Origin: an archaeon
GTDB taxonomy: Archaea > Nanobdellota > Nanobdellia > Pacearchaeales > GW2011-AR1
DNA: 64,000 nt
NCBI GenBank assembly: GCA_043821945.1
Contig: JBDRCH010000005.1
Coordinates: 14,799-78,798 of the forward strand
Direction of reading: 5' to 3'
Part shown: one piece after another, positions 29,840 through 40,350 of the stretch
How the letters are laid out: the number at the start of each line of letters is the position of its first letter
Position numbering within the stretch: the first letter of the stretch is position 1
The notes under the pieces: model-generated
Database searches by the model: none
What the model saw: the letters and a program-made list of their open reading frames with translations, nothing else
What the model was told of the DNA's origin: nothing
Translations under genes and position numbers: made by a program

Positions 29840-30391
29840 TTAATCTTCTCCTGGAATTTCATTTAATGGATTGTCACCTTCTTTCACATTAAAATAATCA
29901 TAAAAATCATCACTTAAATTTAAAATATGAGTGTGTCCTTCTTTTTTTCTTTTGATCAATCCCAAATCAAAAAACTTTTTTATATGATCATAAGCTTTAT
30001 TTCCTCTGATTTTAATAATCACTGATTGCTTAATCGGTTGTTTAAATGCAATAATCGCGAGAGTCTCTTGCTCAGCTTTTGAAAATTCAGAACTTCCTGT
30101 TGCAAGCTTGTTGATAATATAAGAATATTCTTGTCTCACATCCATCTTCCACATTTCACTTTCAGAATTTCCCTTAAAGACAATTTCAATAGCGGAATTT
30201 TCCTGCTCGTATTTTTCTTTAAGTCTATCAATTAATCCCCGAATAATAAGGGGATTCAAATCAGTTAAAGAAATCAACTCAGGCATATTCAAAAATCTCC
30301 CTGACACAAAAAAAACCGCCTCTAAAATCTTCAAGTTTTCAATCTCTTTTGCATCATCAATTTCCTCAGCTGTTTTACTTGATATTGACAT
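29840..30391 (-). CDS. scpB: SMC-Scp complex subunit ScpB
   Basis: LEAVFF, ETLAIIAFKQPI, IRG, FYDYF. Confidence 0.9.
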   Translation of the reverse strand: MSISSKTAEEIDDAKEIENLKILEAVFFVSGRFLNMPELISLTDLNPLIIRGLIDRLKEKYEQENSAIEIVFKGNSESEMWKMDVRQEYSYIINKLATGSSEFSKAEQETLAIIAFKQPIKQSVIIKIRGNKAYDHIKKFFDLGLIKRKKEGHTHILNLSDDFYDYFNVKEGDNPLNEIPGED

Positions 30392-30432
30392 GGTGTATGA
30401 AAATACTTGGGATTTATAAAATTATCAATAAC

Positions 30433-31521
30433 CTAAACCTTAAATCTCAAAATAGCTCCAATTCCACCAAGATTATTAAATTGATCCCCTTCAGGAGTTT
30501 CTATTGAGATGATCTCCACACTTGCTCCAATATTACCAGCAAGTTGTTTAAATTCTTTTATCAAATTTTTATTTAAAGTCTTTGACAAAAATAACACATC
30601 CACAGCACCGTATTCTAATGCTTGTTTTGTATCAGATTCTTTTAAAGTTGCTAAATCGGGTTTTTCACCCAGTGTCTCAAAAAATCTCTCTAAAATTTTC
30701 TTCTCATGAATAATTTCTTGCTCAGCTAAAATATCCTGACTTGCCTCAACTAACAATTTCAAACCATGTTCATCAGCATACCCAATATCCCTTCTTCCAA
30801 TAATCTTTTCTCTTAATTTAGTAACCATATATTCCCCATCGAGAAATTCATCTTTAGTTGGAATAGGTCCTCCAACTAAAATACCTTTTAATTTGGGATT
30901 ATCAAAAAATATGTTTTTCATTTCACTTGCAACCCTTTTATAAAATTCTTTTGTCAAACCTTCAGTAATCCGATGAAATCTCTGGCTTGATTGCCCTCCG
31001 GCTCTAACTTGACTCGGTATTCCAGAAGTCATTTTCTGCAAAACCTCAATTCTTTTTCCTTCCAACAAACCAATAGCTGCATCTTTTCTGTCCATCACAA
31101 GCAATCCAAAAACTTCAGTTACATCAAGCATTTCTTTCAAAATGCTTAAAACAAATTCTTTATCACATCTATATAATCTCACTTTAACAGGCATAGGAGG
31201 TTCAATATCCCATAATTGCAAATCATCTTGACCTTCAACTTTAGAAACATTACCAGCAAAAATAGCCAACCCATTCTCAGGAGTTTTCTTCAAACCCTTT
31301 AGGTAACGCACAATCTTTTCAAGTGCCTCAGAAACATTTTTCCGAGTAGCAGTTGATTTAATATTCTTCGCAGTTGATTTCTCTGCTTCAAGCTGTCTCT
31401 GCACAGCATTCACATCATAACCTGCAGGAATATAAACACTAATCAATTCAGTATGTCTGCCTTTATGTTTTTCTAATTCTTCAAGAAGATCAGTTAATTC
31501 ATCTTTAGTTAATTGCGTCAT
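30433..31521 (-). CDS. prf1: Peptide chain release factor aRF1
   Basis: NIKS, YRCD, GGQS, GGIGAILRF. Confidence 0.96.
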   Translation of the reverse strand: MTQLTKDELTDLLEELEKHKGRHTELISVYIPAGYDVNAVQRQLEAEKSTAKNIKSTATRKNVSEALEKIVRYLKGLKKTPENGLAIFAGNVSKVEGQDDLQLWDIEPPMPVKVRLYRCDKEFVLSILKEMLDVTEVFGLLVMDRKDAAIGLLEGKRIEVLQKMTSGIPSQVRAGGQSSQRFHRITEGLTKEFYKRVASEMKNIFFDNPKLKGILVGGPIPTKDEFLDGEYMVTKLREKIIGRRDIGYADEHGLKLLVEASQDILAEQEIIHEKKILERFFETLGEKPDLATLKESDTKQALEYGAVDVLFLSKTLNKNLIKEFKQLAGNIGASVEIISIETPEGDQFNNLGGIGAILRFKV

Positions 31522-31551
31522 AATTAATTAAGAAAAAAGATGTTTATAAAA

Positions 31552-31947
31552 TTAGAGTATATGATGAATCATACTTCCATAATTAGATGGGATAACCGAA
31601 TCTCTAAAATTATCAAATTTCTCTCTTCTTCTCACATTAAACTTTTTTAAACTATGAATATTAACTTTAGGACGAGGTAAAATAGTATTAATATCAGAAT
31701 AATTTATAAAATACAATACTTCTTGAAAATTAGACAAATCCCGAATATTAAACTTAGCTTTTTTATCTTTACAAACTCTTTCATATCTAAGAACTCCTTG
31801 TAATTTAAAACAAAGTTCCTTATCTCCAGAATATAATTTAAAACCTTTTTCAGATTTCAAAATTACATAATTATTGTTCAACCTCTTTATTATTTCTTTT
31901 TTTTCTTCAAGATTGAAATCTCTAAAATTAATTTTTTCTAAAGCCAT
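31552..31947 (-). CDS. Orphan hypothetical protein
   Basis: 131-aa ORF between prf1 and valS. Confidence 0.5.
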   Translation of the reverse strand: MALEKINFRDFNLEEKKEIIKRLNNNYVILKSEKGFKLYSGDKELCFKLQGVLRYERVCKDKKAKFNIRDLSNFQEVLYFINYSDINTILPRPKVNIHSLKKFNVRRREKFDNFRDSVIPSNYGSMIHHIL

Positions 31948-31984
31948 ATAAAAAAAATATTATCACTTTAAAAAAATTTATATT

Positions 31985-34351
31985 CTAAAATTCAACCTTA
32001 AACTTACCCTCTTTAATTTCCTTAGCATTCAAAACATTTTTCAAATCTTCAAGAACATTCTTTAACTCATCTTTTTCTTTTTTACTAATTGTCAAAACAA
32101 TCTCACTATTCATTGACTTTTTAGCATTTGTTTTTTCAGTTCTAATTCTTGTAATCATATCAACTAAAACATCAAATGTTTTATCATATTTTTCTTTTTC
32201 TAAATCTTGAAACTTAGGCCATGAGCTTAAATGGATACTTTTATCTTTCTCTCTTTTTCTAAAATATTTTTGATAAATTTCTTCAGTAATAAAAGGGGTA
32301 ATAGGAGCAATCATTTTCAAAATTACTAAGAGAGATTGATACAGAGTATATTGAGCAGATAATTTCTTTTCTCCTTTTCCCTGATAGATCCTCTTCTTAA
32401 TAATCTCTAGATAATTATCACAAAACATTTTCCAAAAGAAATTTTCAACATCTAACTTAGCTTTAGAATATTCATAAGCTTCAAATCTATAAGTAACACT
32501 CTTAATTAAAATATCTAATTTTTTCAAAAATAGCTCATCTGTTTTTTCTAACTTCTTTGGCTTCTTAAAATTATAATCTTTCAAATTCATAAAAACAAAA
32601 TTAGAAGCATTTAACAATTTTTTAATAAATTTCTTTCCTGCAATAACATCCTGCTCTTGATAATCAAAGTCTTTTCCAAGTTTTGACGAAGATGCCCAAA
32701 ACCTTATTGCATCTGCCCCATATTTTTCCATTACCTCTTGAGGTCTAATAATATTTCCTTTTGACTTTGACATTTTTTCACCTTTCAAAGTAACAAATCC
32801 AGAAATAACAACATCTCTCCAAGGATTTTTTCCATAATGAAGTTGAGATTTAACAAGAGTATTAAACAACCAAAAAGAAATAATATCATGAGCTTGAGGA
32901 CGAAGAGTCAAGGGAAAAATCTTTTTTTGGCTTTTTTCGTCCATAAGTTGAGTAATAATTTGAGGAGTCATTGAAGACGTGAACCAAGTATTAAGAACAT
33001 CTATTTCAGGAATAAATTCCTTTGACTTGCAATTAGGACATTCTTTCAATGGAGGTTTGTCTTCAGCTGGACTAACAGGTAAATTCTTTTCATCAGCAAC
33101 AATAATCTCATCACATTTCTTGCAATACCAAACAGGGAATGAAATTCCAAAATGCCTTTGATTAGAAACCAACCAATCCCACTGCAAACCCTTAACCCAA
33201 TTATCATAACGTGTCTTCATAAATTTAGGATACCATTTTAATTCATTCCCCCACTTTAACATATCTTTTTTCAAATCAAGATATTTCAAAAACCACTGCT
33301 TAGATTTAACAAACTCAATTTCAGTCCCGCATCTCTCATGAACATTAACAGGATGAACAATCTTTTCCTCCTTAATTAAAAAACCTGATTTTTTCAAATC
33401 TTTAATCATTTCCTCTCTTGCTTCTTTAACTCTCATTCCTTTATATTTTCCAGCAATAGAAGTCATTCTTCCATCTTTTCCAATAGCTTCTTTAATTGGA
33501 AGATTAAATGCTTTCTGCCACTCCATATCAGTCTGATCTCCAAAAGTAGCACAATAAGCAATTCCAGTACCCTTGTCCATCTTAGCTCTTTTATCTTCTA
33601 AAATTGGAACCTCAATATTAAACAAAGGAATTTTAGCTTTCTTTCCTTTGAGATGCTTGTATCTCTCATCATTAGGATGATAAAAAACAGCCACACTTGC
33701 AGGAAATAATTCAGGTCTAGTTGTGGAAATAATTAAATCATCTTCATCAACTTTTAATTTAACATCTACAAATAAAGAAGGAATATCTTTGTCTTCAACC
33801 TCAACCTGCGCAACACCTGTTCTGCACTCAGGACACCACATTGCAGGAGCATCCCTCCTCTCCATTCTCTTTTTTCTATACAAATCAAGAAAACTCCACT
33901 GCGAAATTCTCCGAGAATGCTCATCAATTGTTGAATAATAAACATTCCAATCACAACTTATTCCAATATTTTTCCAATCTTGAATAAATCTCGGAAGTTC
34001 TTCTTTTAAAAAATCCATGCACAACTTAATGAACTTATCCCTTGACATTTCCTTGGATTTAATTCTCTTAGTTTTCTCAACAAGTCTCTCAGTCGGCAAC
34101 CCATTATCATCTGTTCCAAAAGGATAAAAAACATTAACCCCCTTCATTCTCATAAATCTAATTATAAAATCCTGCTGCGAATATGAACAAGCATGTCCAA
34201 TATGCATCTCACCTGAAACAGTTGGCGGCGGAGTATCTACTGAATAAACCTTCTCCTTAGAATTAATATCAAATTGATAAATTTTTTCTTTCTCCCAATA
34301 TTTTCTCCATTTGTCTTCTATTGCTTTAAAGTCAAAATTATTCTTAGACAT
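31985..34351 (-). CDS. valS: Valyl-tRNA synthetase
   Basis: DTPPPTVSG.MHIGH, GTG..YCATFGD editing motif, KMSKS. Confidence 0.96.
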   Translation of the reverse strand: MSKNNFDFKAIEDKWRKYWEKEKIYQFDINSKEKVYSVDTPPPTVSGEMHIGHACSYSQQDFIIRFMRMKGVNVFYPFGTDDNGLPTERLVEKTKRIKSKEMSRDKFIKLCMDFLKEELPRFIQDWKNIGISCDWNVYYSTIDEHSRRISQWSFLDLYRKKRMERRDAPAMWCPECRTGVAQVEVEDKDIPSLFVDVKLKVDEDDLIISTTRPELFPASVAVFYHPNDERYKHLKGKKAKIPLFNIEVPILEDKRAKMDKGTGIAYCATFGDQTDMEWQKAFNLPIKEAIGKDGRMTSIAGKYKGMRVKEAREEMIKDLKKSGFLIKEEKIVHPVNVHERCGTEIEFVKSKQWFLKYLDLKKDMLKWGNELKWYPKFMKTRYDNWVKGLQWDWLVSNQRHFGISFPVWYCKKCDEIIVADEKNLPVSPAEDKPPLKECPNCKSKEFIPEIDVLNTWFTSSMTPQIITQLMDEKSQKKIFPLTLRPQAHDIISFWLFNTLVKSQLHYGKNPWRDVVISGFVTLKGEKMSKSKGNIIRPQEVMEKYGADAIRFWASSSKLGKDFDYQEQDVIAGKKFIKKLLNASNFVFMNLKDYNFKKPKKLEKTDELFLKKLDILIKSVTYRFEAYEYSKAKLDVENFFWKMFCDNYLEIIKKRIYQGKGEKKLSAQYTLYQSLLVILKMIAPITPFITEEIYQKYFRKREKDKSIHLSSWPKFQDLEKEKYDKTFDVLVDMITRIRTEKTNAKKSMNSEIVLTISKKEKDELKNVLEDLKNVLNAKEIKEGKFKVEF

Positions 34352-34402
34352 AATAAATCACAATCAAGAAACTTTTAAAAACTATCTATATTTATCTAAA
34401 TT

Positions 34403-34570
34403 ATGGCAGCAGACAACAAAATTCAAATGCCCGGAGGATTCGGAGGATTAATGCGATTCAGCGAAGAATACGCAAGCAAGTTCAATTTAAAACCAACACA
34501 CGTGATTGCATTTATAATTTTAATAATTGCATTTAGAATAGTTCTTCCAATAATAAAACCTCTAGCTTAA
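34403..34570 (+). CDS. secG: Preprotein translocase subunit Sec61beta
   Basis: Read by hand: MAADNKIQMPGGFGGLMRFSEEY..KFNLKPTHVI + TM helix (55 aa). Confidence 0.85.
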   Translation: MAADNKIQMPGGFGGLMRFSEEYASKFNLKPTHVIAFIILIIAFRIVLPIIKPLA

Positions 34571-34572
34571 AA

Positions 34573-34755
34573 ATGGAAACTTATAGATCAATGTTAGAAA
34601 TAGAGAAAAAATTTTACCCCAAAACATTTCAAAAGAGACTAGTTAAAAGAAAATCTATTGTACAGAAAGTATTTGAAGAATTCAAGCCAGAGTATGATAA
34701 AGCATTAGAAGGATATAATTTAGCTATTAAAAAAAGAAAATGTTTCCAAATCTAG
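34573..34755 (+). CDS. Orphan hypothetical protein
   Basis: 60-aa ORF between secG and nac. Confidence 0.45.
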   Translation: METYRSMLEIEKKFYPKTFQKRLVKRKSIVQKVFEEFKPEYDKALEGYNLAIKKRKCFQI

Positions 34756-35069
34756 ACCCTAAAAAAATGCAGGCAGTAATGAAGCAGATGGGCATTGCCC
34801 AAGAAGAAATAGATGCTTCAAAAGTAATAATTGAAAGATCAGACGACAAAAAAATTATCATTGAAAATCCAACTGTAACAAAAATCAAAATGCAAGGTCA
34901 AGAAACCTTTCAAATTGCAGGAGAGATTTCAGAAGAATCAGAAGAAATTGGAGTCTCAGAAGAGGACATTCAAACAATAGTTGAAAAAACAGGCTGTAGT
35001 GAAGAAGAAGCTAAAAAAGTATTAGAAAAAACAGGTGATTTGGCTGAAGCAATTTTAGAACTAAGTTAA
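34740..35069 (+). CDS. nac: Nascent polypeptide-associated complex protein
   Basis: MKQMGI, NPTV..MQGQETFQIAG, UBA tail GDLAEAILEL. Confidence 0.93.
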   Translation: MFPNLDPKKMQAVMKQMGIAQEEIDASKVIIERSDDKKIIIENPTVTKIKMQGQETFQIAGEISEESEEIGVSEEDIQTIVEKTGCSEEEAKKVLEKTGDLAEAILELS

Positions 35070-35833
35070 TTCTTAACACTACTTCCAGCATCTACAAAAA
35101 TTATCTGGCCAGTAATATTTCTTGATAAACTAGAACATAAAAACAAAGTAGTATTCGCAACATCTTTTTGAGTAATGTTTCTTTTCAAAAAAGATTTCTC
35201 CTTATGAACATCAAGATGCTCTTCAAATCCAGAAATTCCAGACGCAGCCATTGTCGAAATAGGTGAAAAAGAAATTCCATTTACTCTTATTTTTTTGTCA
35301 CCAACATCATTTGCAAGATAACGAACACTTGCTTCAAGAGCAGCTTTAGAAACACCCATAACATTATAATTTTCTGAGACTCTTTGTGACCCAATATAAG
35401 TCATAGCAATAATACTTCCTTCAGAATTCATCATCGGATGAACTCTCCTTGTTAATTCAACAAGAGAATAAGCACTAACTTCTTGACTCTTATTATAACC
35501 ATTTAAATCAACATTCATAAATTTACCTTTAAGAAAATCTCTTTTCGCAAAAGCAATACTATGAATCAAAAAATCAACATTTCCAAATTCTTTCTTAACC
35601 CTCTTAAAAAAACCATCAAGTTGATTATCATCAGTAACATCACAAATCATTCCAAAAGAATTCTTCAAAGACTTCACAAGTTCTTTTGCTGTTTCCTCGC
35701 TTCTATCTTGATAAGCAGCAGCAATCTGAACACCCTCTTGATTCAATATTCTAGCAATATTCCAAGCAACACTACTATCATCTCTAATACCAAAAACAAT
35801 TGCCTTTTTTCCAAATAAATTCAAATCCACCAT
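35066..35833 (-). CDS. fabI: Enoyl-ACP reductase, FabI-type
   Basis: GIRDDSSVAWNIA, HSIAFA, SAYSL, TYIGS, YNVMGVSKAALE. Confidence 0.9.
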   Translation of the reverse strand: MVDLNLFGKKAIVFGIRDDSSVAWNIARILNQEGVQIAAAYQDRSEETAKELVKSLKNSFGMICDVTDDNQLDGFFKRVKKEFGNVDFLIHSIAFAKRDFLKGKFMNVDLNGYNKSQEVSAYSLVELTRRVHPMMNSEGSIIAMTYIGSQRVSENYNVMGVSKAALEASVRYLANDVGDKKIRVNGISFSPISTMAASGISGFEEHLDVHKEKSFLKRNITQKDVANTTLFLCSSLSRNITGQIIFVDAGSSVKN

Positions 35834-35902
35834 CTAAAACCAAAAAAACACTCATTTAAATAATTTAGTTAATTATTTCAAGTTCAAACACCTTTATATT
35901 TA

Positions 35903-36367
35903 ATGGAAAAATTCATTGAGAATATTCAAAGTGCAAATAAAACAATAAAAATAATTGATCATATGGTTTATGTAACTTTTCCATTAATTAAGGACAAAAG
36001 ACTTCTCTTAAAAATTCTTTTAGAAACAAAAAAAGCAATTGTAGACTGTATTAACTCAATACTTCAATATGAATATTTATACAAAAGAATAAAATTATAC
36101 AAAAATCAAAAAGAAAATCTAAGAACATTCAAGGAAAAATGCGCTTCAAAATATAATATAACAAAACAAGAAATTAATTTAATAAACGAACTTTTCGAAA
36201 TAGCTGAACAACATAAAAAAAGTCCTTTTGAATTTATTAAAGACAAAAAAATAATAATTCTTTCAGAAGAATTACAACCAAAAATAATAACCTTTGAAAA
36301 AACAAAAGAATTTCTAATATTAGGAAAAAATATATTAAATAAAACAAAACAAGTAATTTTGAGATAA
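35903..36367 (+). CDS. Hypothetical helical protein
   Basis: IDHMVYVT motif resembles ADHLLYVS in the next gene (possible paralogues). Confidence 0.6.
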   Translation: MEKFIENIQSANKTIKIIDHMVYVTFPLIKDKRLLLKILLETKKAIVDCINSILQYEYLYKRIKLYKNQKENLRTFKEKCASKYNITKQEINLINELFEIAEQHKKSPFEFIKDKKIIILSEELQPKIITFEKTKEFLILGKNILNKTKQVILR

Positions 36368-36421
36368 GTATAAAAACCCCTTTTCCCTTATGAAACATAC
36401 TTCTAAACTGTTGGGGGAACG

Positions 36422-36862
36422 ATGGAAGATATTATTAAGGAAAAGATAAGCGCAGATCATTTATTGTATGTAAGTTTAAAATATACTAAAACTTGCGATG
36501 TCATAGTTAACCTTCTTATTCGATGGAGCAGACTAATTGAAACCTGTAATAATGAAGTCTTAAAACACACAAAGAAGAAGAAAAAGATTTCTTCAATATC
36601 AGAAAACCCTGTAGGAAGAATAGAACAAATAAAAAAGATATTCAAAAAAGATAAAGAATTTTTAGAAGTGATTGAACTCTATGATATGTTCAAAAAAATT
36701 AATGAACTAAAAAAAGAGCGAATTGGTGAATTCAGAAAAAATGTAACCTTGAAAGTTTTCTTCAAAGGAGAAGAAATAAACATAAACCTTGAAAAACTAA
36801 AAGTCTATTCAGAATTGTTAGAAAAATTTGTAAATACCTCAAAGAAATTCTTAAAATCCTAA
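36422..36862 (+). CDS. Hypothetical helical protein
   Basis: ADHLLYVSLKYTKT; GGGGGA SD-like element upstream. Confidence 0.65.
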   Translation: MEDIIKEKISADHLLYVSLKYTKTCDVIVNLLIRWSRLIETCNNEVLKHTKKKKKISSISENPVGRIEQIKKIFKKDKEFLEVIELYDMFKKINELKKERIGEFRKNVTLKVFFKGEEININLEKLKVYSELLEKFVNTSKKFLKS

Positions 36863-36974
36863 TCTAATAATCTTTATAAACACAATTTTCTTAATTTATA
36901 AATCTTAAGAGAATATTAAAAATTCTTAAGTCAAAAATCTCTTATTTATTTTAGAGAAGACATTAAAATTTCAA

Positions 36975-37739
36975 ATGAAAAAAATAATTGTAATTACATC
37001 GGGTAAAGGTGGTGTTGGAAAGACCACGACAGCTATAAATCTAGGTGCAGCTATGAACTATTTTGGAAAGGACGTGCTTATAGTAGACGGAAATCTTTCA
37101 ACTCCAAACATTGGAATTCATTTAAACTCTCCAGAAGTTCCAATAAACTTGAATCATGTTTTACTAAATAAAGCAGATTTATTTGAAGCTGTTTATGAAC
37201 ATGAATCAGGTATTAAAATAGTTCCTTCTTCATTATCTATAAAAGAATTAAAAAAAATAAAACCAGAAAGAATAAAAGATTTTAAAAAAGATTTTGGAAA
37301 AATTGCTGAATATGTAATCATTGATAGTGCTGCAGGATTAGGAAGTGAAGCCTTATCAGTAATTGAAGTAGCTGATGAATTAATCATAGTAACAAATCCT
37401 GAAATGCCTGCAATTACAGATGCTTTGAAAACAATAAAGATAGCAGAGGAATTAAAAACACCTGTTTTAGGAACAATAATCTCAAGAGTGAAAAGAGATT
37501 ATATTGAAATGTCTCCAGAAACAGTAAAAGAAATGCTTGAAGTTCCAATTTTAGGAAGTATCCCTGAGGATATTGCAGTTAAAAAATCATTAAACCTCAA
37601 GGATGCAGTTGTCCATACACATCCAAAAAGCAAATCATCTCGAGCATACAAAGAAATCGCTGCCAAACTTCTTGATATTGAATATGACTCAAACAAGGAC
37701 CGGGAAAATTTCTGGAAAAGAATTTTTGGGAGAGATTAA
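36975..37739 (+). CDS. minD: MinD/ParA-family ATPase
   Basis: SGKGGVGKTT, IIDSAAGLG, amphipathic C-terminus FWKRIFG. Confidence 0.9.
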   Translation: MKKIIVITSGKGGVGKTTTAINLGAAMNYFGKDVLIVDGNLSTPNIGIHLNSPEVPINLNHVLLNKADLFEAVYEHESGIKIVPSSLSIKELKKIKPERIKDFKKDFGKIAEYVIIDSAAGLGSEALSVIEVADELIIVTNPEMPAITDALKTIKIAEELKTPVLGTIISRVKRDYIEMSPETVKEMLEVPILGSIPEDIAVKKSLNLKDAVVHTHPKSKSSRAYKEIAAKLLDIEYDSNKDRENFWKRIFGRD

Positions 37740-38081
37740 TCAACTAATCCGACACCCATTCCCAACATCTTTCTCAGGAGCAAGTAAAACACACAAATTT
37801 TCTTGAGCACTTCCAGCAGCAAGAAGCATACCTTGGCTCTCAATTCCCCGCATCACACGAGGAGCCAAATTCACAATCATAATTATTTTCTTATTCATTA
37901 ATTCTTCTTTAGAATAATAAGGTTTGATTCCAGCACAAATTACTCTCTTATCAATTTCTTCACCAACATCAACACTCAATTTATACAATTTATCAGCTCC
38001 TTCAATATTCTCAACTTCAACAATCTCTCCAACTCTTAAATCAAGTTTACTCCAATCTTCAAATGTAGCTATTCCTTCCAT
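37740..38081 (-). CDS. Stand-alone MetRS C-terminal/Trbp111-like tRNA-binding domain
   Basis: LDLRVGEI, ADKLY, NLAPR.MRGIESQGMLLAA. Confidence 0.9.
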   Translation of the reverse strand: MEGIATFEDWSKLDLRVGEIVEVENIEGADKLYKLSVDVGEEIDKRVICAGIKPYYSKEELMNKKIIMIVNLAPRVMRGIESQGMLLAAGSAQENLCVLLAPEKDVGNGCRIS

Positions 38082-38115
38082 TTTAAAAAATAAATAATAG
38101 AGTATTTAAAATTAA

Positions 38116-38301
38116 TTATCCTTTAACAAATCCTCTCAAAGATAAAGAATCTCTTTCACCTCTTAAAAGAGGATTATTATTTAGACAATTAGCATATGAA
38201 ATTAACTCACATAGTCCTACGGGATAATCATTATCATGTTTCCCAAATTGATTAAAATAAACATCCTCCATTTTCCCAAAATCACTCTCTTTATCACTCA
38301 T
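38116..38301 (-). CDS. Orphan hypothetical protein
   Basis: 61-aa ORF overlapping the metG stop (ATGA). Confidence 0.4.
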   Translation of the reverse strand: MSDKESDFGKMEDVYFNQFGKHDNDYPVGLCELISYANCLNNNPLLRGERDSLSLRGFVKG

Positions 38302-39749
38302 ATCTTTCTAAACAAAACATCACTTTTTATAATTTTATTATTATCCCTAAGTGGTTTATCTATCTGCTTCCAATTAATTTCAAATCCAAATAGCTTTGCA
38401 ATTTTCTCACTTGCTGAAGGAATAAAAGGCCAAAGAAGAACACTAATCGATTTTATTGAATCAGCTAATTCATAAAGCACTTTCTTATCTTTAGTCTCCC
38501 AAGGTTTCTTATTCTGAACATACTCATTGCAAACATCAACAAAAGCAAAGATTTCATTCAAAACCTTATCAAACTCATAATTATTAAACAATTTTTCAAT
38601 TTTCTTAGTATTCAATTTCTTAATTAATTTATTCTCGCATTTTTCAAAACCATTTTTCTCAATCAAACCACTGACTCTTGAAACTAAATTCCCTAATTTA
38701 TTTGCAAGCTCATTATTATGTCTCTCAACTAAAGCCTGTTCTGAAAAATCTCCATCTTGACCAAAAACAAAATTCCTAGTAAGATAATATCTAATTGCAT
38801 CTACACCATATTTATCAACTAAAACCTTAGGGCTAATTGCATTTCCTAATGATTTAGAAATCTTTTCTCCATTAAAAGTCAAAAAACCATTTATTAAAAT
38901 TGTCTTAGGAGGTTCAATTCCAACACTCATTAACATTGAAGGCCAAATTACACAATGAAACCATGAATTATCAGTTCCCAAAATCTCAATATCAGCAGGC
39001 CAAAATTTTTTAAATTTATTATCTGGCCAATCAATTCCAGTAATATAATTAAGCAAAGCTTCATACCAAACATAAGTAACATGATTTTCATCAAGAGGAA
39101 AATCAATCCCCCAAGATATTTTATCTCTTGTTCTAGTAATACTCAAATCTTTTAATTCTTCTTTAACTCTATTAATTATCTCTTGTCTTCGAGATTTAGG
39201 CAAAATATAATCAGAATTTTTTTTATATAATTCAAGTAATTTATCCCGATATTTACTTAATTTAAAAAAATAAGCTTCTTCCTTTATCTCTTGGGGTTTT
39301 GAATTATAATGATAAGGACATTTCCCATCAACCAAATCCTTGGAAGTTACATAAGCTTCACAACCTTCACAATAAAGCCCAGAATAATTTCCTTTATATA
39401 TATCTCCATTATCGTGCATTAACTTAATAAATTTCTTAACCTTATTTTCGTGATCTTCATCAGTAGTTCTAATAAATCTATTAAAATCAACATTCAAAGA
39501 TTTCCACGCTTCCTCAAATTTCGGAGCCAAATCATCAACAAAATTTTTAGGAGTTTTTTTAATTTTCAAAGCACTCTTTGCAATCTTTTGTCCATGCTCA
39601 TCAGTTCCAGTAAGAAAAAAAACATCCTTTCCTCTAAGCTTGTTCCATCTAGCTAAAACATCTGCAATTACTTTTTGATATGCATGACCAATATGCGGTT
39701 CTGAATTAACATAATCAATTGCTGTTGTGATATAAAATTTATTTACCAT
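38298..39749 (-). CDS. metG: Methionyl-tRNA synthetase, catalytic part
   Basis: FYITTAIDYVN..HIGH, GTDEHG, YVWYEAL, KISKS. Confidence 0.95.
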   Translation of the reverse strand: MVNKFYITTAIDYVNSEPHIGHAYQKVIADVLARWNKLRGKDVFFLTGTDEHGQKIAKSALKIKKTPKNFVDDLAPKFEEAWKSLNVDFNRFIRTTDEDHENKVKKFIKLMHDNGDIYKGNYSGLYCEGCEAYVTSKDLVDGKCPYHYNSKPQEIKEEAYFFKLSKYRDKLLELYKKNSDYILPKSRRQEIINRVKEELKDLSITRTRDKISWGIDFPLDENHVTYVWYEALLNYITGIDWPDNKFKKFWPADIEILGTDNSWFHCVIWPSMLMSVGIEPPKTILINGFLTFNGEKISKSLGNAISPKVLVDKYGVDAIRYYLTRNFVFGQDGDFSEQALVERHNNELANKLGNLVSRVSGLIEKNGFEKCENKLIKKLNTKKIEKLFNNYEFDKVLNEIFAFVDVCNEYVQNKKPWETKDKKVLYELADSIKSISVLLWPFIPSASEKIAKLFGFEINWKQIDKPLRDNNKIIKSDVLFRKI

Positions 39750-39787
39750 TATTAATCAAGAAAATAAGAATATAAAAGATTAACTAA

Positions 39788-40327
39788 TTAAGACTTTTTC
39801 TTTATCTCAATTTCAATCATTCCAGAAGATTCATCTGCACTAATTAACTGAGGTTTAAGAATCTCTCTGTATAATTTTTCAGCTTGATTCCTAGGAAGAT
39901 TTGCAATATCAACAATCGCAGAGATATATTCCTCATCATCAAAATCTCTGCCTTCTCTTAGACCATAAGTTAACATAATTTTCACTTTAGGAGGTTTTAT
40001 TTCTTTACGCTTATTTTGCAAAGGAATGCTCCATTTCTTATAATTCTTCTCAAACCAGTTAACTGCCTCACTTATACTTATCTTACTCTTTCTTCCTGTC
40101 TTAGAAGAGATATAACCTATTGCAGGGCTATCATCAATTATATTTTCTTTATTTAATAAACGAGAGTAAATTTCCTGAATGAGCTCCTGCTCAGCACTTG
40201 TAAAATAACCTCCAAGTTGTGCTAACATCCTACCTGCCCTACCATAAAGAACAGCTTTCTCTATTAAGTCTGTTAAATCTTTTCCCACAAAATAAATATA
40301 AATCACAACTATATAAAAATTTATCAA
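39788..40327 (-). CDS. Hypothetical protein (start uncertain)
   Basis: 179-aa ORF. Confidence 0.5.
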   Translation of the reverse strand: MINFYIVVIYIYFVGKDLTDLIEKAVLYGRAGRMLAQLGGYFTSAEQELIQEIYSRLLNKENIIDDSPAIGYISSKTGRKSKISISEAVNWFEKNYKKWSIPLQNKRKEIKPPKVKIMLTYGLREGRDFDDEEYISAIVDIANLPRNQAEKLYREILKPQLISADESSGMIEIEIKKKS

Positions 40328-40350
40328 CTCCAGAACATAGATTTAGCTAG

